This document shows, piece by piece, positions 36,637 through 49,948 of a stretch of DNA of 64,000 nucleotides. Each line of letters begins with the position of its first letter. The first letter of the stretch is position 1. Both the position numbers and the translations under genes were made by a program. Source of the DNA: a virus; the IMG/VR virus record IMGVR_UViG_3300021091_003726, positions 1 to 64,000 of that record. One strand, 5' to 3'. Under the pieces are notes generated by a model that was not told the origin of the DNA, did not search any database, and was given only the letters and a program-made list of their open reading frames with translations.

Positions 36637-39312
36637 TTAGTCGACCGCCAATGCTTTAGTTAATTTATCATAAAAAGGATCGTAATTTTTTGTTTTTGCT
36701 TTAATTATTACGGCATCGAGCGATGCTTGATAGGAAATGTTTGATGCATTTTTTCTAATTATTGTTCTAAATCTAGTAGAATTAGAAACGTATTCGTAAA
36801 TAACTGAAAACGGGTCAGATAAAACCTGATTAAATACTATCTCTTTGCCATTTTGTATAAAGTAAACTCTTGAGCTGTCCACAAAAGACGGAAGATCTTT
36901 GCTGTTAGTATAATTTGTTAGATTAATTGCGTAAGAACCATCTAATAAAAGTACTTTAATTGGGCTGTAGCCCTGGTAATCTGAAGAAAATATTGTACCG
37001 TAAGCTGGATTATAGCTAGCAGTTTGGACATATGTTGTATTAACGTATGGAAAATTACTCAGCGTTATTCTTCCGGTATAGTCTGTAGTAGAAAATCTTT
37101 GACCCTGACCCTGGTCATCAAAATATGATTTAGTTGATTCTTGAAATAATTTACTTTTAATAAAATCAATATTATCATAATTGAAAAGAGTTAAATCTGT
37201 TTTATAAGCGCAAACATATATAGAATTAATATCTAAAGAATTAATAATTATTGAATTTTCTTTTAAAGAATATTTATTTGGCGAAACAATATAACCATCT
37301 TTATATAAAACAAATGTTTCTTTTTTAAAATAAAATCTAGTATAGGCGGATAGGGATTGTGAATCAAAAAATAAAACTTCTGAATCTACTTTATCTTTTC
37401 CATATTCCAAAATTGGAGTCCAATCATTTTCAGATATAGGTATTTCTGTGTTAGATATAGAAAGTTCATAGGATATAGGTTCTTTTAGGTCAAAATTAAA
37501 TTTATTAAAATCTATTAAATTTTTGCTCCTAACCAATGAGGCTTTCAGTGCTAAAGGATATCCATTAAATGGAATTTTTTTACTAACAAAACATGCTTTG
37601 TTTGAATCTATCTTTTCTACTGATGCAAATTCTATTGATTTAATAGAAAAAGTATATTCATATTGATCTATTTTTTCCAAAATAAATAAATCTTTAAATA
37701 TAGAACGATTTGATCTTGAAATTGTTTCAGCAAATAACTCTCTTGTTTTACCTAATAATATATTATTTGAATCTTTTTGTAAAAGTATCCCGGGTTTTTT
37801 AAAATCATATGTTTCTGAAAATATAGATCCAGATTCAATAAAAGTTGAATTATTAAAAATTTCTCCGCTGTCTTTAATCATATGAACAAAAAAGTTTTGA
37901 AATAGAGTAGACAAAATTGTACTCCATTTTTCATCTATTAAATTAGATTGAATATTTTCTTCTGAAAAATTATCTCTACCAATTTTATTAGTAAAATTTT
38001 TATTAACAGTTGGGTATTTATAAGAATAATAACTATCATTCATATATTTATTTTTAAATAAATCTTTAATAGAATTATTTTTTAAAAATAAATTATATAC
38101 CAAATCTTGTAATCTATCTGTATTAGATCTTCTTATTTCTCTTATTTCTTTTCCAATATTATATACGGCTTTTGCGTTTAATTCACTTGATGAAGTTACG
38201 TTTTCATTCTTAGAGTAAACTGGTTGATTAAATATGAGTATAATTTTACTTACATTTCTTCTTGGAAAAGAAATTTCAGTAATAGAGTCAAGTTGTTTTG
38301 GTTGTGTTAATACAGATATAGTTGTTGTAGAAGATATTGGATCTCCAATATTTTCAAATGCGTAGGATTCAATTGTCTGATTGGAGTTTGTTGCTTCTTC
38401 AAGAATTGTTTCGTAATCTTTATACGCGTAGATTTCGGTTGAATCAGAGGATAAAACTACCTGAAGAAGCTGAAGACCATTTCCGTGACCAGGGGTAATG
38501 TATATTGTGTCTAATTCTTGCGGGAATGCAAATGACATTTCAACAATACTTTGTGCGCCGTTAATGTAAGATGTATCATAAGATATATACTTTTTAATAT
38601 CATCTATTTTTGACGTTAAAATAACTGGAGATTTTATAGTTACATTCCACGAATCTGATCTGCTATCATTCAAAGTTGAATAAAATCCGCTATCACTTGA
38701 TTTGTAATTTTCATAATTATTTTTAATATTTATATTATCAATAAAATTGAGTGCGTTTTTGATTGTAACACCGCTACCAATTTTAAATACACCAGCTTTT
38801 GTATCAACAAAACCATTGCCATTTTCATCAAAATAAGAACCATCTCTATCAATTAAATCAAATAAATAACCATCTGTTCTATAATCATTTAAATAATTAT
38901 CAAATTTTTCTATATAATTTGAATTATACAAATCATCTTTTCCAGCTATAAATTCATAGTTATCAATAAAAACCTGTAATGTATCTAAATCTTTTTCTAC
39001 TTTTTCAATTTCAGAAAAAAATATATCTATCATTGAATTAAGCATTAGACCAACTGTATTGGCCGACGTATAGTAGCTTCTCATTCTTAAATCTGCATCT
39101 CTAAAAATATCAATAAAAAACTCTCTATTCAAAGAACTAAATTGACTAAATATAGATGGAGAATAGCTTGTATTTACTCTTATTTGTGAAAGTTTTGAAA
39201 CCAAACTAGATACATCTGATTTATCAATCTTCATTTGATTTATCAAAGAAGAAACCGTAGCCTGAGAGCTGCTTGAAAAGCTATTAATTACATTTGGAAG
39301 TTGTTTTAACAT
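36637..39312 (-). CDS. Putative virion structural protein
   Basis: 891 aa, similar architecture to its neighbours. Confidence 0.6.
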   Translation of the reverse strand: MLKQLPNVINSFSSSSQATVSSLINQMKIDKSDVSSLVSKLSQIRVNTSYSPSIFSQFSSLNREFFIDIFRDADLRMRSYYTSANTVGLMLNSMIDIFFSEIEKVEKDLDTLQVFIDNYEFIAGKDDLYNSNYIEKFDNYLNDYRTDGYLFDLIDRDGSYFDENGNGFVDTKAGVFKIGSGVTIKNALNFIDNINIKNNYENYKSSDSGFYSTLNDSRSDSWNVTIKSPVILTSKIDDIKKYISYDTSYINGAQSIVEMSFAFPQELDTIYITPGHGNGLQLLQVVLSSDSTEIYAYKDYETILEEATNSNQTIESYAFENIGDPISSTTTISVLTQPKQLDSITEISFPRRNVSKIILIFNQPVYSKNENVTSSSELNAKAVYNIGKEIREIRRSNTDRLQDLVYNLFLKNNSIKDLFKNKYMNDSYYSYKYPTVNKNFTNKIGRDNFSEENIQSNLIDEKWSTILSTLFQNFFVHMIKDSGEIFNNSTFIESGSIFSETYDFKKPGILLQKDSNNILLGKTRELFAETISRSNRSIFKDLFILEKIDQYEYTFSIKSIEFASVEKIDSNKACFVSKKIPFNGYPLALKASLVRSKNLIDFNKFNFDLKEPISYELSISNTEIPISENDWTPILEYGKDKVDSEVLFFDSQSLSAYTRFYFKKETFVLYKDGYIVSPNKYSLKENSIIINSLDINSIYVCAYKTDLTLFNYDNIDFIKSKLFQESTKSYFDDQGQGQRFSTTDYTGRITLSNFPYVNTTYVQTASYNPAYGTIFSSDYQGYSPIKVLLLDGSYAINLTNYTNSKDLPSFVDSSRVYFIQNGKEIVFNQVLSDPFSVIYEYVSNSTRFRTIIRKNASNISYQASLDAVIIKAKTKNYDPFYDKLTKALAVD

Positions 39313-42300
39313 TATATTTCCCAGATCTCTCCATCTAAATTCTGTATTTGAAAAGAAACACCAGCAGTTAGATTCCTACGAATTATATCATATATTTCTT
39401 CTATATTTTCAAAATTATTTTTAACTTCATCTGGTATTCTAAGAACAACAAATCCACCTCTTGGATATGAGCATCCGTGTATTGGATATACATCCCAATT
39501 TGAAAGAAGATTGTCTATCTTTGAGTCTATTTCTACAAACTGGTACTCTGCAGCTACGCCGCCGCCCCTTAACCTTGTATCGTATATTTCTGTTTGCTTT
39601 TTATTAGGGTTATTAGTAAAGTATATAATCCCAATTGGTAACGCAAAAGGGTCATGTTTGGGTGAATATTGATTAAATATTTGAGAATCATAAGTAAAAT
39701 TATATGGATAACTTGGAACATATTCTTGCAGTGGTATATATTCGGCGGTGTTGGATGAATTTGTTGATAGTTTATTAATTTTTGTTGGCAATATATATAT
39801 GTATAGAGGTTTGTTAAATTTAATATTTTTAGAATTTAAAAATGGATTTAAAGGAACTGCTTCTCCATTTGATTGATATATCATTAGATCAAAATTTTTA
39901 ATTACATAATTAACTTTTATTAAATTTTCATCAGAAGGAATTACCCTATTATTAAATTCTATTAAACCAGAATTACAGTTGTAATCTCTAACTTCAGAAA
40001 AAGATAATTTTTCCCATTCTGAAGAAGATGTTTCTTTTATATATATTTCAATTTGTGGTTTAAATAAAGGAGCTACAGAGTTTTTGTAATTAGTTGGTTC
40101 TGGCCAAACAAGCAATGGCGTTTGTCTTAATTTAATTTGTTTATCGGAAACCAATATTGGTTTTTCATTTTTAACATCATAATATCCTCTACCAAAAATA
40201 TTTGACCAGTTGATCCCCTTGGCTAAAGTTGTGTCATAGGTTGCAATAAGATTTTGGTTTGCGTAATCAGATTTCCAATCCTCCCCCACTAAATGAATAG
40301 ATATGCTTGCTATATTAATTGATTTAGTAAAAGATCCTGATGTTATTATCAGCGGCCATGCTTGTTTTTTGTCTACATAAGAATCCATATTACCAATTTT
40401 TATTGCTGTTCCAGAATCATATTTAACGGAGTAAACTGGACATATTTTTTTAATTGGAACATTTGTTGGAATGAAAGTTGTGCTAACTTTTGGTCCAATG
40501 TAATCTATGATGTTTTGAGTATTACCATCTGAATCATATGCAGAGACTGCAAGAAATATATTGTTTATACCCCTAGCAATCATATCTACGTATGATACGG
40601 TGTCTCCTAAAAATTCTTTTTGAGCAAAGTCGTAAAATCCATAAATAAATCCGTCTTGTTCTGAAATTCTATTTTTAACATAGACAAAACCTAGTCTTGC
40701 ATCCTTTTCTTGTTCTGTTGCCGTTGAACCAAAGTAACTTGATATCTCAGAACCAGTTGGAATACCAATTGGTTTTCCAAATTCATTACATAGTAGCAGT
40801 GTTCCATCTAGAGTTGTTATTGATTCTTTTTTAGGCACTATTACATTGTTTAAATTTTTCATTAAATACTGATTGACATACGTAAGCGGTGTGCTAATTA
40901 CATTTGATCCCGAATAATACGTGGCTGAAGTTTCTATCGTTAATCTTGTTGCATTTCCGGAAGATGGATTTGTTTCTAAATAATTTATGCTTAGGACAGA
41001 AGATGGTGAAGACACATCGGATCCAGTTTCCGAAACTAAAGAAGTTATAGATGCGGAATTTGATCCATTTAAATCAACATAAAGTGGTTTAGTAAAATCA
41101 AATACAACACCAGAACTAGCAGTAAAATTATTTGTAGAAAGTTTAATAGAACTTGATAACGATTCTGTATATGATTTATTCAAATAATTATATACTAATG
41201 AATTAAATGTTAATGTAGTTGTTTTAATTGTATTAGTATCATACTTAATTGTATGATTTTTTAAAGCTGAAAGAGCGGAAAACTTTTCAGCTGTTGTTGC
41301 CTGTATATGTGCGTCTACTATTTTTGTAATAACCTTTGTGTCAACTCTAATATTTTTTTCTGTGTTTTCAGAAAAACTAACTTCAGACCAAGAAGATCCA
41401 TTCCATGAATAATATTTTTCTGTGTCTACAGTATATATTAAGTATCCAGATTGATTTGACTTAAGGCTTGTTCCATCATAATAAACATTTGAATTATTCT
41501 CAATCCAATAATTTGCTATATCTTCTATTTCTGGTTTGTTTAAGCTGGGAAATGCATTGTATGTTTCTGAAACTGGAACCTCTGTTTCTTCTGGATCACC
41601 ATATACTGGAGCTGTTGTAGTTGCACTCCCAACTATGTCGCATCTGATGCTTTTAATTTGGTATCCTTCAGCGTTTCCATACTTACTTTGATTTATTACC
41701 GTATCGTTAGTTCTAAAATAAATATAACCATATTTGCAATTTCCTATTGGTTGATTATGCATTGACAAAACAACATTCCCAGAACTATCTGGTTTTTTAT
41801 TAACAGTATAACCAGTATATAAGCTATTGTTTGTAGTGTTAGTAAAAGAAACATTATTTGCCGCATGGTTGACAGGAGCAAACCCGTAAGATACTACTGT
41901 TACATTGCGCCAATTTTCAAGAGTTCCAAAATTAATTTTAACATTTTTTACTGTTTCTGCGCCGTCGGGTATGGTAAAAAATATTACATCTTGGATTCTT
42001 GTTACTTGAGTCCCAAGTCCTCCACCAGAATAACTTATTCTTCTATATTTTCCTCCAGAATTTATCTTATTTATATTGCTTTGCGATAACGCAGCTTCGT
42101 AATATTTTAAAACTCCATTAGAGTTACATAAATTTTTTGCCGTTGCTAAATTTATAATACCAAGTGACATTGCACTTACGAATAAAGATTTTGTTTGGCT
42201 ATCTACTTTTCCATCTACAATACCGTCAAATCTTACGTTGGTTGTTTTCATTTTATTTTGGAATGCAGTAACTGCGGATGACGCGGCGGAGTCATATGAG

Positions 42301-45089
42301 GTGTTAATTGCCCCATTATAAAATCCTCCGGCTTTTAAAACCGACTTAATATATTTTACATATTCTCCAGTTGTTCCAACTGTCCAAGAACTCGCCACGT
42401 TTCCGGTGTCTATATCCCAAGTGTAATCAAAATTTCTCCAAACAAGACTAGAAATCTCAAAAACAGAATCTTTTCCAGAAATAAGATTAATACATGGAAC
42501 ATCACTTTGTAATTGACCAGGAATTGTGCCTCCAGCGCTTACTACAGTTGGTTCTCCTTTTTGTATTATTTTATAATTTCTTACTACAGTTCCCACAGAT
42601 CTCTTTAACTGTAATTGTCCCTCTCCCTGATAGTGTATTCTTATATTTGAAGAATATGATCCACTAAAAACGAGCGGTTTATCTGTTGCTGTTTGATATG
42701 AATAAGCTGTTTGTAATTCAAATGGGTACGCAATAAAGTAGTTTGTTGGATCAATATTGTTATTAAGTATTTTTGAATCTGAACTTTTTAGACTAGGAAT
42801 TTCTTTCACAACATATGGGCCAAATCCATCTGGTATATTTATAATTGGGGATATGGTATCTGTATATGCGTGAACAAAATTAGTTGAAGATGGAATAAGG
42901 AACAAGCTATAAGAGCTCGCTATGTTTTCTTCTATCGAAGACGTCACTGATGTTGCGTTAGATATTAATACATCTGGATTTGTTATTTCGATATAGAATT
43001 TTACAGAACTTAAATCAATAAAAGAAATTTTATCTCTTTGGTAAGTTGGAAGCGTTTCCGTTAACGAACGCAAATAATATTCGCCAACATTCAATCCTGA
43101 CGGAAGAAGACTTCTTGCATATCTAGTTTCATTTGACTCAACAGTAACATTTACAAATAATTGTTCTTTTTCTTGCGTTAAAATTGCATCTTGATTCATG
43201 GCCCAAGATGAATTCCATTCTCCAACAAAATTAAATAAAGAAGATCTTGTATCTATCACCGTTGATGCATAAGCCCTTGAGTAAAGGGCGTATGAAACCG
43301 AATTATATAAAAGTTTAAATGGACCTTCAACTACTGCTGAAATTAAACTTGTATCATTTTCTTCAAAAACAGATTCTTCATTATTTAATTTTAAAACAGT
43401 AGATTTTGAGGCGATACTATAAACTGAATTACAATATTCCAAAAAAGAAAAAGAAGTAAATATTATATTTCCTTGTGCTACAGCGTCGCCAGCTGTTGGA
43501 AACTCAAAAAGTGCACCAACTGAAGAGCTTGAAGACGAGCTGATGCCTATATTTAAAAAGCTTTTAGAAGAATCAACTCCAGATATTGTTCTGTATGAAC
43601 CCTTTTTTAAACCAAAAATTCCATAGTCTTCGTTTTCAAATATACTGGAATCTATATTCCATCCACCATTTTTTGTTTCGTCAAGTATTTTTGAAGTTGT
43701 TACGTACTCATAGTATGTCGGCACAATTGTCGCATTAAATGCGTCTATCCTTATTTCTGGATGCAAGAACGGTTCTTCTGTGGGATATAGTGATCCGTCA
43801 ACTAATAGTGTTCCATTATGAATTTTTACATAATTATTAATTAATATATTTGCTTTTTCGGAAAGTTTTTTTGTTGGACAAAATGTAAGTATATCAAAAT
43901 CTTTTAATGAATCAATTGACTGAATATCAACCATCCAGTAATTTGCTTTAGTTTTATCTAAATTGTTTATAGCTTCGCTTGTTGGATTTTTAAATTCAAA
44001 TTTAGAAAAGTTAAATGGAGATTTTTGAAGTCTATAAAATACATATGGTTTAATAATTTCTAAGGATTGACTATCAAAAGAATCATATAAAACACCAACA
44101 TTTACTGTTTTTTGTTTTATACCAGTAGTTGTTTCTAAATCAGAAAAATAATCTATTAACTCCAGGTTAACTGATTGCTTTGATCTGGCTATTAGTCTCC
44201 AATTGAATACTTCATAAGTTCTATTATCTGCTATCGCTCTTTTAGGAACAAAAACTTGATATCCGGTTGAATTAATATTAACGTTAAATATATCTGAATA
44301 TTTTTTATTAAACTTTTTTATAGAAAATACTTTTTTATTATAATTATTATCTACAACAAAAGTTTCTTCTGGTATTGGCTTAAAATATTGAATGGCGTTA
44401 ATCGATTCTGAATACCTTAAGTATTGCGAAGTCGCTTTTCCGCTTGAATTGCACTCAATTTTATCGTAAATTAATTTAAGATTAATTGGATCAGAAGAAT
44501 CTAATCCTATAATTATTTTGTACGGTATTTCTGTGTCCTGATAATTATCTTCAGTTATAAATGGATCAAGTAATATTTTATATTTTTTTCTACCACTATT
44601 TATATCTATATGATCTTGATTTTGAGAATTTAAAACTTTAATATTAAGTGATGAATACAGAGATTGAGGTATGTATTCTGATAAACCATACGTGCTATAG
44701 TTTGTTGGAGCAGATATAAAAAATCTACTTACATAATAATAATGAAAAAATTCATCAGAATTTATTTCTGAAATATTTAACATTTCAGTTTGATAATCCT
44801 TAAGTAAAAAAGAATCACTTATTGATATGTCTTGGCTTGGAAATATTGTATTTCCTGTTTCATCTTCTAGAACGCCAAGCTCATTTGCGTAATAAGTTTT
44901 TACTCCTCTATCTAAAAAAATTTTATTTTCAGGTATAGAATTTGATAAGTCTATAACAGTTAAATTATTTTTAGGCGATAATTCTTCATTGACAAAATAG
45001 GCTATATTTGCTGCATCGGCGGGGACGGAAGAACCAACTTTTATTGCGTTTTCTTTTTCGCTAATTGTTATATTTTTAAATAGCTTCAT
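39312..45089 (-). CDS. Large virion protein with internal peptidoglycan-binding-like domain
   Basis: 1925 aa; WTVGTTGEYVKYIKSVL...GFYNG....YD.....AVTAFQ...DGKVDSQT near 42190-42390. Confidence 0.65.
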   Translation of the reverse strand: MKLFKNITISEKENAIKVGSSVPADAANIAYFVNEELSPKNNLTVIDLSNSIPENKIFLDRGVKTYYANELGVLEDETGNTIFPSQDISISDSFLLKDYQTEMLNISEINSDEFFHYYYVSRFFISAPTNYSTYGLSEYIPQSLYSSLNIKVLNSQNQDHIDINSGRKKYKILLDPFITEDNYQDTEIPYKIIIGLDSSDPINLKLIYDKIECNSSGKATSQYLRYSESINAIQYFKPIPEETFVVDNNYNKKVFSIKKFNKKYSDIFNVNINSTGYQVFVPKRAIADNRTYEVFNWRLIARSKQSVNLELIDYFSDLETTTGIKQKTVNVGVLYDSFDSQSLEIIKPYVFYRLQKSPFNFSKFEFKNPTSEAINNLDKTKANYWMVDIQSIDSLKDFDILTFCPTKKLSEKANILINNYVKIHNGTLLVDGSLYPTEEPFLHPEIRIDAFNATIVPTYYEYVTTSKILDETKNGGWNIDSSIFENEDYGIFGLKKGSYRTISGVDSSKSFLNIGISSSSSSSVGALFEFPTAGDAVAQGNIIFTSFSFLEYCNSVYSIASKSTVLKLNNEESVFEENDTSLISAVVEGPFKLLYNSVSYALYSRAYASTVIDTRSSLFNFVGEWNSSWAMNQDAILTQEKEQLFVNVTVESNETRYARSLLPSGLNVGEYYLRSLTETLPTYQRDKISFIDLSSVKFYIEITNPDVLISNATSVTSSIEENIASSYSLFLIPSSTNFVHAYTDTISPIINIPDGFGPYVVKEIPSLKSSDSKILNNNIDPTNYFIAYPFELQTAYSYQTATDKPLVFSGSYSSNIRIHYQGEGQLQLKRSVGTVVRNYKIIQKGEPTVVSAGGTIPGQLQSDVPCINLISGKDSVFEISSLVWRNFDYTWDIDTGNVASSWTVGTTGEYVKYIKSVLKAGGFYNGAINTSYDSAASSAVTAFQNKMKTTNVRFDGIVDGKVDSQTKSLFVSAMSLGIINLATAKNLCNSNGVLKYYEAALSQSNINKINSGGKYRRISYSGGGLGTQVTRIQDVIFFTIPDGAETVKNVKINFGTLENWRNVTVVSYGFAPVNHAANNVSFTNTTNNSLYTGYTVNKKPDSSGNVVLSMHNQPIGNCKYGYIYFRTNDTVINQSKYGNAEGYQIKSIRCDIVGSATTTAPVYGDPEETEVPVSETYNAFPSLNKPEIEDIANYWIENNSNVYYDGTSLKSNQSGYLIYTVDTEKYYSWNGSSWSEVSFSENTEKNIRVDTKVITKIVDAHIQATTAEKFSALSALKNHTIKYDTNTIKTTTLTFNSLVYNYLNKSYTESLSSSIKLSTNNFTASSGVVFDFTKPLYVDLNGSNSASITSLVSETGSDVSSPSSVLSINYLETNPSSGNATRLTIETSATYYSGSNVISTPLTYVNQYLMKNLNNVIVPKKESITTLDGTLLLCNEFGKPIGIPTGSEISSYFGSTATEQEKDARLGFVYVKNRISEQDGFIYGFYDFAQKEFLGDTVSYVDMIARGINNIFLAVSAYDSDGNTQNIIDYIGPKVSTTFIPTNVPIKKICPVYSVKYDSGTAIKIGNMDSYVDKKQAWPLIITSGSFTKSINIASISIHLVGEDWKSDYANQNLIATYDTTLAKGINWSNIFGRGYYDVKNEKPILVSDKQIKLRQTPLLVWPEPTNYKNSVAPLFKPQIEIYIKETSSSEWEKLSFSEVRDYNCNSGLIEFNNRVIPSDENLIKVNYVIKNFDLMIYQSNGEAVPLNPFLNSKNIKFNKPLYIYILPTKINKLSTNSSNTAEYIPLQEYVPSYPYNFTYDSQIFNQYSPKHDPFALPIGIIYFTNNPNKKQTEIYDTRLRGGGVAAEYQFVEIDSKIDNLLSNWDVYPIHGCSYPRGGFVVLRIPDEVKNNFENIEEIYDIIRRNLTAGVSFQIQNLDGEIWEI

Positions 45090-48000
45090 TTAGCTATCCT
45101 CGTAATCTGAATTTAAGTCTTGATATTCTGAAATAATATTTGGTGTTGATCCGAAAAAGCCCATCTGATATTGATCATATCTGCTAATTGGAAACCATCT
45201 TGGTGGATACCAATTAACAGTTGAGGCTGATTGATTATCAAATTCCATATTATAATGCTGATAAGTAAAACCTGGACTATCTATAATCTCTGAACCAGAA
45301 CTAGGTATAGCCGTATACGATCCCGGAAGAGGAACTAGTTCATTTGAATAATGTAAATTGTCGTAATTTTCATACCAATAAACTATGTCACCATATATAG
45401 TAACGGGTGTTAATGATGGAGTAGAAGCTAATTCTGTTTCCATGGAAACAAACCAATAACCAGGTTTTGTTCTATCTTGAGCATAAAATGGTCCAATATT
45501 AAAATTACCATATTCGTCAGCATATACTATGCCCGCAGTTCCATATCTGCCTGGAGTACTTTGACTGACAGAGTAATCGACTTCTTCCAGAGAAGAATAA
45601 GCTGTTCTTGCTTTTTTCCAATAAATTACCGGAGTACTTGATGGGGGAACATTGCCCTGTCTTATGTATCCCTTAATATATATGTCTCCAAGCCCATCAG
45701 CTTTAATATTCATTTTATCTGGAGCTGCTTTGAAATTATATGTATGAATATTGCTAATAGCAAGATCAATTAAATATGAATCTTCAAATGTACCAGCACT
45801 ACTATTTCCGTGGGCATGGGGTGCCGGATAAGAAATGCCAGAAATGTGTACTTCTATTTGAGTTTTTTCTGCTGGTGTAGGACCAGAGTACTTAAAACTT
45901 GTAGTAGCAAAACCGTTTTGATTAGTTGTTACATATTCGTTTTCTGCTGTTATTTCATCGCCATAAATTCTAAATGTTTGATATGGTTTTGGATTTTTAT
46001 TTATATCATAAGAGACAATAGAAATATATATAATGTCATCTGATGTATCAAATATCTTTTGTGGCGATATCCAAACACCAGCTGTATCAAAGTCGTAATC
46101 ATAATCAGATACAAAAACAAATCCTTCGTCTATCGGGTTGCTTAAAGAATTTAAGTAAAGACCAGAAGGAGTACTGGTTTTATATTTTGAACCTTCATAT
46201 GTTATGCTGTATAACGATGTCAATTGTGGTGTTGATGAAAAATATATTTTACCAAAATAATCATCTAAATTAGAATCATAATAATTTTTATCAATGTAAA
46301 AAGAATTGTTAACCGTATAAGTAACTAAATACTCTCTGCCGGGTATTATTCTACTTTCATAAGTTTCATTATTTAATATATAAAATTCATTATTGTTTAA
46401 AGAATATATTTGATTTCCACTTTGAATAAAATCAGGATTAAATATATAATATTCTGTTTCATCGTTTTCATCTATTATATAATTGCCAGCTTGATCTACT
46501 GAAGTCCATATATAAAATTCTGGATTTAAACTAGATTGAACTAACACATTTCCAGTATAAGTATCTTGAAGTGTGATGTTAGAAATATTTGGGTATGCTA
46601 AATATAATGCAGCGTTGTCGGATCCGATAACCGTTTCTTCATTATAAAATGTTAAATTTCCAGGAGTAGATGCGTCGGCGAATAGCAATTCATCGTATTG
46701 TACCGTTGCTTCGTTATTATATACATTAATTATGACTGGAGCACCTTGTCTTGGTGTGTCTGTTAATTGCAATTCAAAAAATTGTCCAGTGTAAGCTTCT
46801 ATAATTGGAGCTGAATATATATAATATTCATTATCGGGCAGGTCTAGCCATCCGACATTTACATCTGGTTGTTTTGTATCTAAAAGACTTATGTTTTTAT
46901 TATCATAATAATCTGCATAGTGTGCATTTACTGTTATTTCACCATATTCATATACCTGAGTATTTGGATTATATATTTCTTCTATAAAATTAACAGCGGA
47001 ATCTGGAGCAAAACCACTTGAACTAACTTGTTTATTGGGTATAGAAAGAATAACATCTTCACTCGTGCTAACGGCATCTATTGAAGTTATTATATAATTT
47101 TCGTTATCTTCTTGGCTCAAACCAAAAGATTGTCTAGATAAACTACATCTTGTAACAAATGAATCAATCTGACTAGAATATATTGATCTACCAGAATCTT
47201 CTATTGTTTCTGTATCTTTGTATGCGTTTCCATATTTGTCTAAATACCCATAAATCATCGGCGTGCTTGAAAGGGGTTCGTTTAGCTGCGACCAAACTGG
47301 AGATTTAAACGGATAATATGGAGTTGAAGATGTACCAGTAGTAATTATAAATGTTTCTGAACCAGTATCATAATTAACAGTCGCTGCCTCAAAATAACCT
47401 GAAGAGACTGCGGAATAAGTATTCTCTTCTGGATAATTAAATTTTTCATTATAAATATTTAGTATAATGTTCGGCGATGCTGGAATAAAATATTCCACAT
47501 CATCAATATGATTATGTGATATTCCGCCATGTTCTGGGTCTTTTAATTCAAGAGTTTGAATTGTATTGTATAACGGTTCTGGATTTATTTTTTTACTACT
47601 AAAATAAATATTTTGTGGAGTTGAACCAATTGGAAAAATTAAAGGTGCTTTTATTTCATCCTTTGTTATCAACGCGTCATCTAGTATGGATGAATCATTG
47701 AATGAATTAACAACCATCCTTCCTTCTATCGTATCAGTTGTTCCTGTAATATTTTTTGTTCCATATACTGTAGATCCTATTTTAAAATTTGAATTTACAT
47801 AGTTTATATTTGGAGTTGAAAGAGAAATATATGAACTAGGATCTGGATTAACCCAGTATCCTCTTCCATCTTCATTAAATGCAATTCTATACCCCGCATA
47901 CGAATTTGTAACATAAGAATGTGTTGATTCATCCCATTTTGATTTTGCAACTATTCTAATTTCTGAAGCTTTATAAATATCAATTGAATTAGTATTAGGT

Positions 48001-49932
48001 GTAGCCTGAGTATTTACATATGAATAATCATAAGTTTTTTCTTTGAAAGAAAGATTTTCATTTGTTAATCCATCTGAATTTACAACTTGTATTAAGTTAT
48101 ACTCTGGGCTAGCGTCGCTTGACTGTAAATAATAGTTCTTGACAAAAAAATCATCTCTATCAAGATACGACATATTTGTATAAAATACAGACGGAGTTGC
48201 ATATTGATTATGGGCCGGCATGTGTATTTCGTAAACCACAGAAACACCAGCATTATACGGTGTTGCCGAGTTTGGATTACTTACATCTGGATTGGGAACA
48301 GGTCCCAATATGTAATCCGCATAATATTTAAAATCTATTTCTATTGGATTATAGTGATCCTTATACGAGGAAATCATAAATCCATCTGCTTTAAAATATC
48401 CCTCAAAAGACAGTGTCGCAGAACTATCAGATGTTATTAAAAGTTTACCATCTTCAAAATCACCAAATCCAGGTTGAAAATATTCTCCCAATGGCGTAGC
48501 GGTGTCATAAACAAATGGGATATGAGACATCCCTTCTCCAGATAGTCCCGCGTAATCCCATATTGCCTCATCCCAATTGGCATACCCCATGTTTGATGGA
48601 TATTTTTCGTTTATATATCTAACAAAAGAATAAAAATCTTTTGATGGGTTTCCATCAAAGGAAACATACGGAGCTGAAGATTCAATATCAGTAATCTCTA
48701 ATATTTCCGGTGTAGCTCCAAAATAATCAGAACTTGGAGTAGATCCATAGGCCCTCCAAATATCTAATTCTCTTCTCAGTGTTAACTTTAATCCGTTTAA
48801 ATCTACTGAAGTAGGATTTTTATATACGTCTAATATTCTCTTTTTGTAATTAGAATTATTTTCTAAATACAGTCTTTTTAACGCAACCCTTGATCCAAAC
48901 TCATCAAATATATTAAAGTAAAGCATGGCGTCTTGATCATAAGTTTTACCGTCTATTGATAAATTATTAAATTTTTTAAGAGTTATTATTTGATTATCTA
49001 CAAAATTATGATAATAAACATAATCTGTTTTTCTTGATTCATAAAAATTTTCTAAGGAGCTGGATTTTGCAAGTTGTATTCCGTCACCAGAAACAGAAAT
49101 AGCGGAAGATGGCACAGAATAAGATACATAAACCCAATCTATAACATCTTCATCTGCGGTTGATATAAAAGAATTTATGTCTTGTAGGTTTAATTCTGAC
49201 TCAAAATCATCTAAATATTCTCCAACTAAAGATGAAATAAATTTTCCACCAACAGATTGTGGAATTCTTAAAGAAGGTGTGGCTGCTTCTATTGAGTCTT
49301 CATAAAGTGCTGTCCATGTTGGAAATTTAGAAAGTATACTTCTAGCTGAATCTGATATAACAGGAGTTTCTACATCGTGTATTAATACATTTATAAAAAG
49401 TAATAAACCAAGAGCTGTTACATCTTCTACTTCAGAAAAGATTTCTAATTGTATTTTTACATATTTTTTTGAATTAAATAAAAAAATAGAAGAAGAATCT
49501 ATTGTTATTTCCGACTTCATCCATGGACCAGACTCATTGTCTGATTCATATATTTGAAAATTAAATGTTGGTGTTTCGCTTCCGTACAAGATTTGTGAAA
49601 GCGTGTTTATAAGAAACGATATCAATCCTTGAGCTTGTATCTATAAATCTTATAATATCAGGAGAAGCGGATTCGTAAACTACTTCACCATAGTTTGTTA
49701 CATAAACTGCATTTGGATCATATGATTCTAAAGCTGAACCAGAGGTAGATGGCGAAGATAATTCTGTTCCAACAAAAGTGTAATCACCTATTAAATTTAA
49801 TCCAGTAGAAGATCTTTTATATGAATAATTTTTATAAAATTTATTGTTGTACAAATAAATAGGATCAGTAGTCCAAATATTACCAACCTTGTTGAAATCT
49901 CCACTACGAAGACCCAAAAGATAATTTTTCAT
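45090..49932 (-). CDS. Large virion/baseplate-region protein; needs one +1 shift at CGG 49584; 1613 aa
   Basis: ATG 49932 with AGAGGA SD; ...YKHAFTNLV-G-SETPTFNFQIYESD joins the 123-aa and 1511-aa ORFs. Confidence 0.75.
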
Positions 49933-49948
49933 TACTGATCCTCTTTAA

